Shown here: positions 22,641 through 36,320 of the stretch, in pieces
How positions within the stretch are numbered: the first letter of the stretch is position 1
How the letters are laid out: each line of letters starts with the position of its first letter
Source of the DNA: Tubiluchus corallicola
Taxonomy: Eukaryota > Animalia > Priapulida
DNA: 44,225 nucleotides
Assembly (NCBI GenBank): GCA_030141605.1
Contig: JAQGDQ010000609.1
Coordinates: 1 to 44,225 of the forward strand
Reading direction: 5' to 3'
Program-made: the position numbers and the translations under genes
Notes under the pieces: generated by a model
The model's database searches: none
The model's input: the letters and a program-made list of their open reading frames with translations, nothing else
What the model was told of the DNA's origin: nothing

Positions 22641-23127
22641 TAAAAATACAAGTTTACTTACAGGCTCATGACATTTTCAGGTGTTTGTGTATGTATAAAA
22701 GGCAAAAGCAACAAAAATCAACTCAAAGCAGAAATGCATTTCAAAGCATAACAAGGCACAACATTATGCAAAAAATTAATGAAATTCAATGTAGAGAAAA
22801 AAATAATATCAAACAAAAAAGCAACAAAAATCTACTCAAAACAAAAATGCAATTCCACTCAGAATAAAAGGAAGTTATCACAATTCACATATGGAGCAGC
22901 TTTAATTATAGGAAAAACCTGAAGATATGTTATGGACACAGACACAAAGAGATGCCACTGCATCAGTGACTATATGGGTTAATACCATGCTCCTAAATTT
23001 GAATTTATGAACTACACGGGACTTGGAAGATATGAGATGTTATTTTGAAACGTCAGAGGTCAACATTTTGGAAGAACTTCGTAACTGTCTGTCACGTATC
23101 TCAAAGAGAAACGTTCAAAAGTTTTAA

Positions 23128-23633
23128 TTACCAAGTGTCATACAGGTCTCCTATAGGAACTTACCAAGTGTCATACAGGTCTTCTGTAGGAACTTACCAA
23201 GTGTCATACAGGTCTTCTGTAGGAACTTACCAAGTGTCATACAGGTCTCCTATAGGAACTTACCAAGTGTCATAAAGGTCTCCTATAGGAACTTACCAAG
23301 TGTCATACAGGTCTCCTATAGGAACTTACCAAGCGTCATACAGGTCTTCTGTAGGAACTTACCAAGTGTCATACAGGTCTTCTGTAGGAACTTACCAAGT
23401 GTCATACAGGTCTTCTGTAGGAACTTACCAAGTGTCATACAGGTCTCCTATAGGAACTGTCCAAGTGTCATACAGGTCTCCTATAGGAACTTACCAAGTG
23501 TCATACAGGTCTCCTATAGGAACTTACCAAGTGTCATACAGGTCTTCTGTAGGAACTTACCAAGTGTCATACAGGTCTCCTATAGGAACTTACCAAGTGT
23601 CATAAAGGTCTCCTATAGGAACTTACCAAGTGT
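23128..23633. repeat. 33-bp minisatellite x15
   Basis: Unit TTACCAAGTGTCATACAGGTCT(CCTA/TCTG)TAGGAAC; ends at the BEL LTR. Confidence 0.95.
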
Positions 23634-26600
23634 AGTCACAGAAAACACTGTAAACAGAGGTTAATACCACTGAATGCTTTATTAACATAATTAGTATGTC
23701 CAGTATAACATAAATGTTCAGCAGCTCCCATAAGTGGATTAACCTGACTGTTCAGAGCACAGGTGTGTAATGACAGACAGGTGACTAGCAGGTAACAAAC
23801 AGAAAAGCTGGCCAAAACCAAAAGCTTTACATTCACGTCACAGATGGCGCCTCGTGCACGATAAGTAAGATTAACAAAAAGAAAGCTAAGTCTGCTACAC
23901 CCGGCTCCTAATGAGCGCTTATAAAGTGGTCATTACAATAATCTGCTTGTAAGTCACTGTGCAATATTACATGAACTCTGAACAGTAACACTTAGATGCT
24001 ATTTAGTACAACTAAATATTTCAGTCAAAACTGAACAATCATACAGTTTGATAGTTAACACTATTCCAGTGAAACACTTTGAGTGAAATAATTCCAAACA
24101 TGAAAGTTACAGATAAATACTGTTAGCTAAAGCACTACAAAGCAATGAATCAAATAACGAATCGATAATAAGATACGATGTAATAAAACAGAATCTGATG
24201 CGATAGTGACACTTTGATAGCTTATAACAGTTAGCAAAGGCAAATGTCGTTCAATGCTAAGTTCTATGTAACACATCATATAAAATTTAGAATTACATTA
24301 TCACAAAGTTGGCATACTGCCAAGTGATAGAATTTAATGTTAATTTTGTCTGAAAGATTTAAGCAACTATTTGACATACATTTCAAATTACTGGCAATTA
24401 ATTTGGCAAAATTGTAAACTAAATCACACATTCATGAATAACACTTAATTCACAAAATTAACACAGAATCAAATTTTTCGCATAACAGCGAACTATTGCA
24501 GCATCAAATTTAAATAACTAAATAATACAGGCAAGGTCATTTCTCACCAACAATACTGCAGTCATTAGGTCAAAATAAACGTAACTATATATGACAAATA
24601 TGAAATAATTCGTACTTTAGAATTAAAGTGTATATCAACACATTACACAGAATTTTACTCAGCTTCTTCGAGGAGACATAGCTTTGTTATTGGTCTAAGC
24701 AATGTCGTAGATGGGGTCTTCACCATAACTGATCTCACGAGTCCATCCGGAGCTGGAAATACTTCGGTGATTCTGCCTGTTGTCCATTGATTCCGAGCAG
24801 CATTCTCATCAACGACCAGAACCAAATCATTCTCTTTAAAGTTTCTTTTTTACAGTCAGCCATTTCTGACGTTGTTGCAAGTTTGGAATGTATTCCTTGA
24901 CCCAGCGGCGCCAGAAGATGTTGACGAGATACTGGCACTGCCTCCATCTCCTTTTCAGCATAGAGTCGTCTTTGCAGAAGATGCCTGGTGGCAAATTTGG
25001 GCAAGGTCGCTGTAGAATGAGGTCATTTGGCGTTAATGGTCTGAAGTCATTTGGGTCATTGGAAAACTCCGTTAAAGGTCTGTTGTTCATGATGAACTCG
25101 GCTTCAGCAATCAAAGTCAGCAAGACTTCATCAGTAATGGTTTGTTCCTTCAACAGTTGCCAGAAGATGCCACGGAAAGATCTGATACACCTTTCCCAAA
25201 CACCACCATGGTGACTGGCCCCTGCAGTGTTGAAGGTCCATTTTACACCCCTTTGCACCATATGCTTGTTTAATTTTTCTTCATTCCACAGTTGTAGAGC
25301 TTCACGAAGTTTACGCTCACCACCAATGAAGTTTGTCCCTCTGTCAGTCCAGACTTCCAGCACCTCTCCTCTTCTACATATGATTCTTCGAAATGCGTTG
25401 ATGAAGGAGTCAGTGTCAAGATTGTGCGTGATCTCTATATGAACAGCTCTGGTGGCCATGCATGTAGCAAGGCACCCATAGCGCTTGATGGTAGAACGGC
25501 CTTGTCTAACATATATCGGCCCGAAAAAGTCGATTCCTATTCTGGAAAATGGAGGATCGTATGACTTAATCCTTGCAGTCGGAAGATCTGCCATTAACTG
25601 CTCGGCAGGCCGGGAGCGTTCTTTCTTGCATTTGAAGCACCGAGACAAAACTCTTCTTGCTGCGCTTTTCCCCTTAATAATGTAATACTTCAGTCTCATC
25701 TGGGAAAGAACGTAGTCTCTGCCTAAATGAGCATATGATTCATGATAATATTGAATCAGCAAGTCAGTTATGTGATGTTTGTAGGGAAGAATCAGTGGAT
25801 ATTTGTAACCATAGTTGAAGCTACCTCTGGTTAGTCTTCCATAAACTCTCAGTAGGCCTTCGGCATCCACGAAGGGTCTGATGCCATACAGAGGACTGGA
25901 CTTTAGGTGATTCTTCTCTTTATTAAGTGATTCTTTATTACCTGGTAATGCGGGAGACATCAGTTTTATCTCTTCTCGAAATGCAATCTTCAGCACCAGA
26001 TGAATAATGGATTTCTCTGCTTCTTCCAGATCACCATATCGCAGATGCTTCCCTATCTTTCCATGGTAACCTGTTCCCTTGTTCTTCAAGTAATGCTTAT
26101 ACTTGATGAACCAAGCTACAGAATTACGGAGTTTTTCCCATGAAGAGAAATAAGTTAGCAACTCGTCTATTGGCTGGTCTTGGATGGCCAAGTTGATCTG
26201 CACTTTCTTCACTTCTTCATGGTCATCAGGTACTGGGAATAGTGTTGGCTGTGCTGGCCACTCAGCTTCTGTTTTCCAGAGAAAAGGAGGACCCTTGAAC
26301 CATCTGTGGTCTGCAGATAGCTGTTCTGCCTTTATGCCTCTTGTTATGTCATCTGCAACATTCTGCGAAGAACTGACATACCGCCATTGACTAACATCTG
26401 AACCACAATGAATCTCAGCGAGTCTATTGGCCACATACACTTGGAACCTCTTCTTTTCATTTTGGATGAATTTCAAAACTGATGTTGAATCAGTCCAGAA
26501 AACAACAGCATCTATTTTGATGTCCAAAGCTTCTAGAATTGTTTTGTTCATTCTGACAGCAATAACTGAAGCTTGCAATTCTAATCTCGGCACAGTTTGT

Positions 26601-29600
26601 GTTTTCAGAGGAGCTACTCTGCTCTTAGCTGTTAGCAGGCAACAATGAATGTGTCCCTGCTGATTAACAAACCGAACATAGGAGCATACTCCATAGGCGT
26701 CATTCGAGGGATCACTAAAATGATGCAGTTGGGTAGATGTAACAGGTCCGAAATTGATCAGCTTGACACATCTCGGAATTTTCAGGTCATTAAGACTGCT
26801 CAAGCTAGTGGTCCACTTTAGCCACTTAGTTTCTAGATCATCTGGGATATGCTCATCCCAATCAAGCTTTAGCTTGCACAAGTGCTGGAGTAAGACCTTT
26901 GCTGGTAGAATCACAGCACATAAGAAACCCAAAGGATCAAACAATGATGATGTCTCAGACAGGATACCTCGCCTCGTGGTAGGTTTGCTCTTCAGAACAG
27001 ACTTGAATTGAAATACATCATCTTGAGTGTTCCATCTAATTCCAAGGGCACTCTCTATTGGTGGATCAGCTAGCTTCTGTTGCAAGTCCAGAATAGGTTT
27101 GGCTCTTTCAGATTCCGGAATTTCTTTGATAACAGCCTCTCTGTTACTAAGGAACTTTGTCAAGTGGAAACCGCCTCTCTGCAGTAGTTCCGTGAGGCTA
27201 TTTGCTAGTCTTACTGCTTCATACTCTGTGCTGACAGACTTTAACAGATCGTCAACATAAAAATTGTTCTTTACAGCATACAGTGTTGCAGCATCAGAAT
27301 CATGAGCATTGTCATCAGCTGTCTTTCTGACTGCCAGATTGGCACAAAATGGTGATGAGATACAACCAAACAAGTGAACAGACATGTGGTAGTCTACTGG
27401 ACTGTCGCCAATCTGAGCGCCATCATCATACCACAAGAATCTCAGCATGTCATACTGTGAAGGATCTACGAGGACCTGGTTGAACATGCCCTCGATGTCT
27501 GCACAAATAGCAACTTCATGCTCTCGGAACCGTAGCAATACATCTAATAAATTTGATGTCAGATTCGGTCCAGACATTATAACATCATTCAGAGATATGC
27601 CATTGCACTTGCAGGAGCAATTAAAAACAACACGGATCTTGTTTGGCTTCCTAGGGTGAAATACTCCATGGTNNNNNNTACCAGTATATGGGATTCTTAC
27701 CATCACCATCTTGACGAATTCCAGAATATTCTTCATCTACCTGCTTTGCGTAGCCTTTCTGGATATTGTCACTCATGGCCTTCTTATATAGTTCCATGTA
27801 ATCGCTATCCTTTTCAAATTTCCTTTCCAGCATTAAGAAGTTTCTTAAGGCTACATGCCTGTTGTTAGGCAATTCAGGTGGATCTTGACGAAATGGAATC
27901 TTAAACTGGTAATGTCCATCAATGAGCTGTGCAGAATCAGTAGTAACTTTTAATGCCTGTGCATCTTCTACTGACATGCCAACCTTTGCCTCTCTGACAA
28001 CACCACAGGAATCCATTTCCCAAAACTTTTGAACTTGTTTAAGCAACATATCACCATCCTCAGTCTTCGTGTAATTGCTAGTGCACTGCAAACTATTTGA
28101 TGTTCCTCCCAATATGGACCAGCCCAGCGGACCTCTAACTGCTATGGGTTCATCATTACTACCTGATCTTGTCTCATAGACTAGAAAACATCGCGTTGCA
28201 TTTGTGCCTATCATTAGCGTAACCTCATTGATGTCAGCTGTGTAGAACGGAATGGACTTCAAGTGCTCAAAGGTGTTCAGCTCCACCCTTTTTGGACACT
28301 TTGTGGAACTCAAATTTAAACCATTCATAGCTGCTACACTTGGTAATTTGATATACTCATCGCAGTCGATTCCAGACACTAGCAAGTCAATTTTCTCAAC
28401 TTGTCGCTGCTCTTTTCCACACACAGTAGTTATGGACACTGTACCTTTGGAACCTTCAACATTGAGGTATTGCAGAAGCTTTTGCTCACAAAGGCAAGAG
28501 CTTGAACAACTGTCCAGCATTGCTAATGTTGTAACCGTTCTACCGTTCAATTCCGACTTAACAGTTACAGGAACAACTTGTAGAAAACAGCCAGGATCGA
28601 CAAACTGTGTAGAATTACAACTCCTCAATTCTGGTACATTACGATTCTCAGTCTCAGTGACTTCAGCGACCACTACAGTACCATTACCTCCAGAGTGGTC
28701 ATCGATTTGACTTGGCCCAGCTCCATTTGGCGGATTGTATGAAACACTAGGTGTCTTTTGCTGCCCTGGTTGTTGTCGTCTTTCGGTTATGCCACCACGA
28801 CCAAACCTCGGTAATGGATGCAACATTTGGTGATGCTTTGTGTGTGTTTTACAGTTCGTGTCTTTGCAGTTCATTCCTAGAGGGCACATCTTCGATCTAT
28901 GATCTGGCTTAAAGCAATTTATGCAAAGCTTCTTTTTAAAAACAAATTGGAATCTGTCATCGGTAACATTCTTCTTAAAATCAGTGCAGTCTTCCAAACT
29001 GTGGTCTCTAAGGCACATTGGACATTTGGCATTTTGCCTAGCCAATTCGGTGTTGAAGACCTTTGTACTTTTGCTCCTTTCCATCCTTTTCCCAGAACCA
29101 CTTCTAGATGATAATTGTTTGCTGCTCTCAAATATGTCACCGAAGACTGGGTGGTTGCTTGCTTTGGCCTTCTTGCAAACGAAATACACTAAATCTGCAA
29201 ATGTGGCTTCCTTAATATGATGTTGATTATTAGAGTCATCATCTTCAGTGAGCGTACTTAACCAGTGGCTTCGCCATTGCATTGGTAACCGCCTTACAAT
29301 CTTCTTTAAATTATCAGAAGCATTAATATCCGCGTGATAACCTAGACGCCCTAAAGCATCTCGGCAATCAACCAGTTTATCAGCATAATCTTGAAGCCCT
29401 TTCCTGTCACTGACCTTGAACTCTGGTCCATCAATTAATCCATTAATGTATGCTCGGGCTATCACATAAGGAGAGCCAAAACGCTCTTCCAAAAGCTTCT
29501 TTGCTTTCACGAAGCCTTCACTTGGTTGCAGCGTCACACAGTTTTTAATCAGCTCATAAGCCTTACCAGTTGTATATCGTTGTAAGAAGTGCAATTTTTC

Positions 29601-31251
29601 GCCATCGTCGCTGCATTTTGATTCAACATTGGCCTCAAATGAGCATAGAAAACGATGATAATCAGTTGGATCGCCATTAAATTCAGTTAGTGCTGATGCA
29701 GGTAAAGAAAAACCTCGTTTTATTGCATCTGCCATCTCCCTGATAACATTGTCATTAGATGCAGATGGTGTATTCCTCAGCTGGGCATAGTCAAGATGGT
29801 CGTACGTTACACGTAGTTCTGCAACTTGAGCCCCGTCAACAACACGAGAAGTTGGGTTCACATGAGCGAGTGTGTCTGCACTTGTGAATGCACCTGCATT
29901 CATTGCTGTTTGTCTGGCTTTATCCTGGGAACGCCCTTGCGATCTGTGGTGGGCAGTTCCATGTGCAGGTGTCATGTGAGACAAGTGTGAATGCAACTCA
30001 ACTGAATTGGTGTCTCTTTCTTCTTCCTGCAGAATTCGCAAACTCTCTGTTGCTATCTTAAAATCAGTCTCTGCTTTAAGTTTTTCAGACTGTTGCTCAA
30101 TTTTCAACTGTTGTTGTTTTAGCATTTGTTCACCTTGCAACTGTTCAAGCTTTAGTTTTGCTTTATAGGCATCCACCTTTATTTTAGCGCTTGAACTCAC
30201 GCTGCGTCGCGAGTTTGCCTGTGATGAGCGTGTGAGGGCGGATCCATGATCGCTACCCGGTGGTGCGGGCACTTCCGGTGGCTTGAGTGAATGCAAACGG
30301 GCGGATCCATGATCACTACCAGGAGAGGGTGCTGCATGTGGGCTTGGTTGCCATTTCTGTTGTAGATACGCCTCCACGTTTGCTTGCACGGCACTGTACT
30401 CACAGCTTTTGCCATCCATGTACTCACATATTTCATCTAATTCACATTGTTCAGTCACTAATTGCTTCAAAGTCTCACAAGTGTTTAGAACCTCCTCATA
30501 GGCCTTTGTTAATGAATCGGCCTTTTCCTTTATTAGTTCAAAATCGGCATTCTGTCGTAGTAGTGACTTCAAAACATTAATCAGTCTTGTCATGTAGGCC
30601 ACTTGACCTGACCTAGTTCTTTTTAACTTTTTAATGTTCTCAGACGGCATTAGAAATTGTTGCCAATCAGGAATTGCAGTAGTACCCATGACAGTAGATT
30701 CAGTTTCCAGTGGGGTACTCTCATCACTAATACTATCTGCTTGCTGAGAAAGTTCCTTCTTTCCAGACTGTGACATTATTATTTCCACACAGCAGTCTAA
30801 AGTTTTACAGCAACGTAGCAGTAGTTGTCCTACAATCAGTGTTAACAGCAAAGTAGGTCAAGCTCAGAGTTGTGTACCTGTATAGGCTACAGCATGGCTT
30901 CTAATCCTCCACAGTTCACTGTTGTAAAAAGTAAACTTTCCACAGCAAATGTCAGCATAATAGTTGAGTCAGGTTAATGATGTAGTCACAGAAAACACTG
31001 TAAACAGAGGTTAATACCACTGAATGCTTTAGTAACATAATCAGTATGTCCAGTATAACATAAATGTCCAACTGCTCCAATCAAGTGGATTAACCTGACT
31101 GTTCAGAGCACAGGTGTGTAATCACAGACAGGTGACTAGCAGGTAACCAAACAGAAAAGCTGGCCAAAACCAAAAGCTTTACATTCACGTCACAGATGGC
31201 GCCTCGTGCACGATAAGTAAGATTAACAAAAAGAATGCTAAGTCTGCTACA
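23631..31251 (-). mobile_element. BEL/Pao LTR retrotransposon, near full length; LTRs 30981-31251 (5') and 23631-23899 (3')
   Basis: Direct LTRs of about 270 bp with TGTAG...CTACA ends; purine-rich GGAGCCGGG before the 3' LTR; internal gag-pol ORF. No TSD seen. Confidence 0.95.
24655..30776 (-). CDS. BEL/Pao gag-pol polyprotein (Gag, 3 Zn knuckles, protease, RT, RNase H, integrase); frame breaks at the N gap 27673-27678 and at a T run near 24846-24851
   Basis: FNGDPTDY, CPMC..H..C / CINC..H..C, MLDSCS, KIRVVFN, ADIEGMF, FYVDD, HHFSD.S, RLEL, H..H..C..C, GIDFFGP, TDRGTNF, GGVWER; the final shifted segment reads DLVLVVDE..GRITEVF..DGLVRSV..RPITKLCLLE. Confidence 0.9.
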
Positions 31252-31252
31252 A

Positions 31253-31445
31253 TTAAGATTACTGTGGAAAAAGAATACAGGTGATTACCATTATCAAAGT
31301 GTTACTCTCAATACTTTTGAAATATTTCTTTTCTGACGGTTTTTTTAAAAGTTGAAAGGGAGTGACTACATTTCGAATTGCGGCTTAGTCTATTCCATAG
31401 GACTGGTCCCATATAGCTAATGAAATGTTTCGCCATATTTATTCT
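31253..31445 (-). mobile_element. Fragment of the same L2-group LINE family as 14548..17545
   Basis: Highly similar to about 14905-15100; directly abuts the BEL 5' LTR. Confidence 0.8.
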
Positions 31446-34177
31446 GTATGAGGGTCAGCAGATAAGGGACCAACAACCAGCATCTCAGGTTTAGAGTCCG
31501 TATACTCTATATGGTAAGCCTACTTAAATACTGTTAGACAGCTACAAACAGGACCTGTGGCCTGCGTTGATTAAGCCCGCTGCACGTGAATATGGACCTT
31601 GCACGCATGCGCGTGATGTGTTTTTCACACAGTACATTGCTGCAAAATACATTTCTTTTATTTATACTTACTCATAATCACAGTCATAAGCAATTTCAGC
31701 ACCACCGCCACCATTACATTCATCATCTGCATAACTACAAACAAACAAAAATATCCAGTTGAAAATTGTTTCGAGGTGTCATTAACTGATAAACTAAGAT
31801 GTATGCAAACCACATTATATATATATATATATTTATATTAGTTCTTTATTTGTCATTAAAATGGTTCACTCATTATAATAAAATTGAGTAAGCCTCAGCA
31901 TAATGTTAAAATAACAACACTGTTCAAGACAAATGCGTCCAGTGCATACTAAAAAAACTAAAGTGCAAAACTAAGGCCTAATTATATACAATAAATGAAC
32001 ATATTTACAAACACCATATTAAAATATTTTTACAAAACAATATTACGAAAGTACATTAAATTTTACATGACGTATTTTACACTATATATACATTTGACAT
32101 GACACAATTAACAGAAACATGCTTTACATTAGATAAATTTCACTCATTACATTTACACTATTTATACATTTGACATTACAAAACTAACATAACACGTATT
32201 ACATAAATGTTCAGATAAAGGGGAAGAAAAAGCTATTATAAAAAAGTACGTCAAAAAAATTCTTACACAACCTTATATTATCCTACTTTGCATTACGCTT
32301 ACCTGTTTCAAATACCTATGTGATTAAAAAAAATTCTTAGTAATTTTAAATATTCGCGATACCTGGTGAAACAACATTGCATCGCCATCCCAGAGTGCAC
32401 CACTGATTCACAAAAAACACGTTGTGAATTTTTTTGGCAATATAAACTAATTTAAACCTTTCCTTGGTTAATGAAGAGTGTGGTACGAATGCTGTGATTA
32501 TTTTTTCAAACTTTACACAATGTTGTCTAAACTTGTTTCAAACGACTTACCGCTAAAATGGCTGCGCCTAACGGTCATCTTTAGGAGTTTAAATTTACAA
32601 ATATATACAAATTATAAGCGGTTAATTAAAAACTACAGATTATTTAAATTCAACAACAAACCATGTGAACAATGTAAGTGAATTTCTAATATTTCTAATT
32701 TCTTGTTTTATCTATTTGAATTCATTGATCAGCCGCTACAACCTGAGGCATCTCTGTGGGGAGGTCTGAACCATTTCGACTCACCATTTGAAACAGTTTA
32801 GCCATGTAGAAAGAATACAAGAAGGTTTAAGAGACGTTCAACAATAACATAAGAATAGCTACTAAACCTGCCGAAAACCGCAGAACAAACAGTTGTTAAG
32901 AATGTCACGGAGGCACCTGTGTCGGGTCGGGTGTAGGGCCCTCTACACGCCCTGCTTCCACGTCAGCAGCGATTCACCTCTTTCTTGTAGGTCCAGACGT
33001 CTTGTTTGGGCCTACATGTGGTGTGAGAAGCCAGCTGACTTGGAATGCCAGTATAAAAGCATGTAGAGGTCACTACAGCCTTGATTTCTGACACAGGTGC
33101 TCTTCGGGTGTAGTGCTGTTACTGAGTTAGTTAGTTTTTTTTTGTGTGTGTATTTTGTTCCATATTTTTATTAGTGCTGATAATAAACTCCGTACAGTGT
33201 AGTTTTTGTGTTTTTTATTTTATGAGAGTTAAATGACATGCTATAAAAGGTATATGGTACTAGTTTACAGACATTAATTTAGCTAATTATCATAACATTT
33301 GTAATTAAAATTAACATTTGTAGTTACGTAATCAGTTACACAACGATAGTAAAATGGATCTTCATAATGCGCAATATCAAGACCGCCATGCCATCTTGGA
33401 GTTCGACCCCCTGAGTTAAATTCAGTCCAATATCAAGGCCGCCATGCCATCTTGGAGTTCGACCCCCTGGGATCGATGCCATTATTATGCTTTGTAATAA
33501 ATTAATATTGTTGCAGGTCGCAGGATCAAACCGTCACGCGTTTCGTGAAAATGTAGTGTATTGAATGTATAAATTGCGTGGGCCAATCAGAGCTCAGTTT
33601 TCTAGGCCAATTTTCTTGAGCGTGTAACCTGTTCTCGTAGATTCGAGGGCAGTGAGTTCTCGGCCATGTTCGGCTTCGGTTTCATTTTGTTTTTCTCTTC
33701 TTGGTTGCTGTTATTAAAGTCAGTCGTGATTCAGTAATTTTTGGTTTAACCCTTTGGTTTGCATCTCGACTCAGCGCGTGAGTGTCAGCTATAAACTGTT
33801 GCTAAGTGTTTCATTTTACTGTTTTTCTTTCTTTTCTTTCTTTTTATAATTTTCTTTAGTTAATTATGAATCCTCGCTATCATAGACAGCATCACAATAT
33901 GATAAAAATTTTAAATGAAACGTACATGTACTTTTCATCCTTCAGATCTTGGAACATGTACTTGTAGATTGTTCGATCGTCGAGCCAAAATTTTCGTTTC
34001 TCTGGCCGTCCATGCACAGCACATTGAACCTTGTTAGCTTCGCCTAAAACGAAAAGAAAAAACTATTCATGAAGATGTGTATGAAAATATTTTAACACAA
34101 TAATTTATTTAATTACTCATTCGTTTATTCACTGCCACACACATCGAACACAAACGCAAAAAACAGGTTGCAATTAT

Positions 34178-34350
34178 ACAATTCAATTCAATTCAATTTC
34201 AATTTATTTATCTCCTTACAGTGTTACAATAAAACATGATTAATAAAAGAATCTCTAATAAATTTTGAGGAATTGTTAAAATAAATAGATCTAGAACTAG
34301 AGAAAGGATAGCGAAAAGATTATAAAGTCACCTAGTCTGCTATCCTTTAC
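34178..34350 (-). mobile_element. LINE-type 3' end with conserved stem-loop and (GAATT)n tail
   Basis: Same architecture as 7826..7965 and 22515..22640. Confidence 0.55.
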
Positions 34351-35819
34351 CGAATATAGATAAAATGATTTTTAGACGCTGGTGGGCATTAATGTTATCA
34401 GTTTAATTTAGGAAACATTATTAATTTTAAAATTATGACATTTGCTATATAATTAAGTAATCCAGAGAAAAGAATATACATGTAGTTTAATTAGCGGGCA
34501 ACAAAATAAGGTCAGTCTTGATTAAACTAAAAATTGCATTTAGATTTTATGTGAAATGCAGGTGAAAATTGTTATGAAATGATAAAAACACTTTGGGTTA
34601 ATAATGTTATTAATCAACAACAGGAGTTAAATGCAATTTGATTTGAGTTCAACTTCAGTATTTCTAGGCTTATTGATTAAGAACAAATCTACCGACTTGG
34701 ACAATAATACTAAATAATATATTTCTCAATATACTGATAAGAGAGTTCTATTCTAATCTAACGACATTCATATACTAAAACATAATAAAACAATACAAGA
34801 CAGTATTTTTGACGCACATGTATAAGATGTTTAGATTATAGAGTATATATAATAAATTATCTAGCTGCTTGAATAAACCTACTAGATATCAATGTATCAG
34901 CAAACAAACCTTAACAAACCAATAAACGTAGCATCACATTATAGGGTTTACAAAAGCTATGGAAAAAAAACTACAAATCCGGTGAGTTCCAAAGCCTAAT
35001 AATATGGATCGTATAACGAATTAATGTTCATAGTCAGTGATCTTTGGACCTATTTGACTAATGGATGGGTGACAGTCAGAAAATTGTTGTTCTAAGCAGT
35101 CTTAAGATCAAGTAAGAAATTTCAATAGCAAACATGATGTATGCAAAAACAAGAACAAGATACCAGTGTGGGATCCTCCATCGCAGCAGCCTTCAAGGTC
35201 AAGATCCCACAATGACTCTCTTTTCCATCTTCCACCACACCTAAATTAATGAGCGCATAATTACACATTAATTGCTGTTAGAAACTGAAATATAAGTTCC
35301 TATTCTAATCTAACGACATTCATATGCAAACACAGACTAATATGTATGGGCATAACTACATATTACATACAAAGACCCTTATTTCACAATGGCTTACACA
35401 CACAAGTACTAGCTTGCCTTTTGTTCATTCCCGTAATGATTAGCGCGCCAGCTTTCTCTGATGTTTAAAACTTTCTACAGGGTGGGCAGGAAATTTTGTC
35501 AATTGAAGATGAAGCTGCCCTGACATTTGTGGCTCCAAGCAATGACCACTGGCCACAGTTGAAAACTTTAAAAATAAGGCAGGAAAGGGAAGGATGAAAA
35601 GGGGAATTTTACCAGACTGATAAGGTGTGTGCAACCCATCAAACTCAGCCCAATTTTACTCCTGCAGGATTAGAACTAAATGATAAAGTTCGAACAAAAG
35701 CTGCAACGTCATGTCAAAATCTGAGTTATAACTCTCATTGGTTGATACTTGCCTAACGAAACGATTCTACACGGTGTCATAACACCTCTCAGGATGGGTT
35801 GCACATCCACATTATTTAT

Positions 35820-36320
35820 AGATTTATTTCGCAATAAACATATACATATACATTACACGTACATCGATAATCAGTTTTTGTTAATACAAAAATATGATAC
35901 AATTCATGAATTCTGCGCTAGAGACCTAAGAAGCTAGCTTATGGTAGGCCACTAGAATTAGTTACGAAAAAAATTTCAATATATACAGATACAACATTAC
36001 AATATATACAAATATAAATACGGGTGGGAAGTAATAAAAATATTATTATACTAGAGGGGAAGTTTTTGAAAATGAAAAACAACAAATCATGATTGAGTGA
36101 TCAGTTATATGTTTCAAGTAACTTTAATTTATTTTTTTTTAAATATGGACAGCGAGTTGGCATTTTTAATAGCTGGAGCAATTGAATTCCACATGTAAGG
36201 GCCATTGTATTTAATAGAAAATTTTCTAACATTTGTGTTGCACTGTATGTAGTGATGGTTAAGTCTATAACGTGTGCCGTAATTGTGTATTTCATAATTA
36301 CATTTCATTACTTCGATTTT
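35820..36320 (-). mobile_element. L2-group LINE 3' fragment
   Basis: HNYGTR..CNTNVRKFSIKYNGPYMWNSI..SLSIFKKK; 3' stem-loop near 35918-35956; AATAAA. Confidence 0.7.

Noticed and set aside
1-23633. Tandem arrays (1-556, 6168-6527, 23128-23633) as CRISPR arrays
   Set aside because: Units are head-to-tail with no unique spacers, there are no cas genes, and the context is eukaryotic.
27651-27736. Programmed gag/pol frameshift in the BEL element
   Set aside because: The break coincides with a 6-N gap; the conserved WYLPHHGV motif would need 8 nt there, which restores a single ORF.
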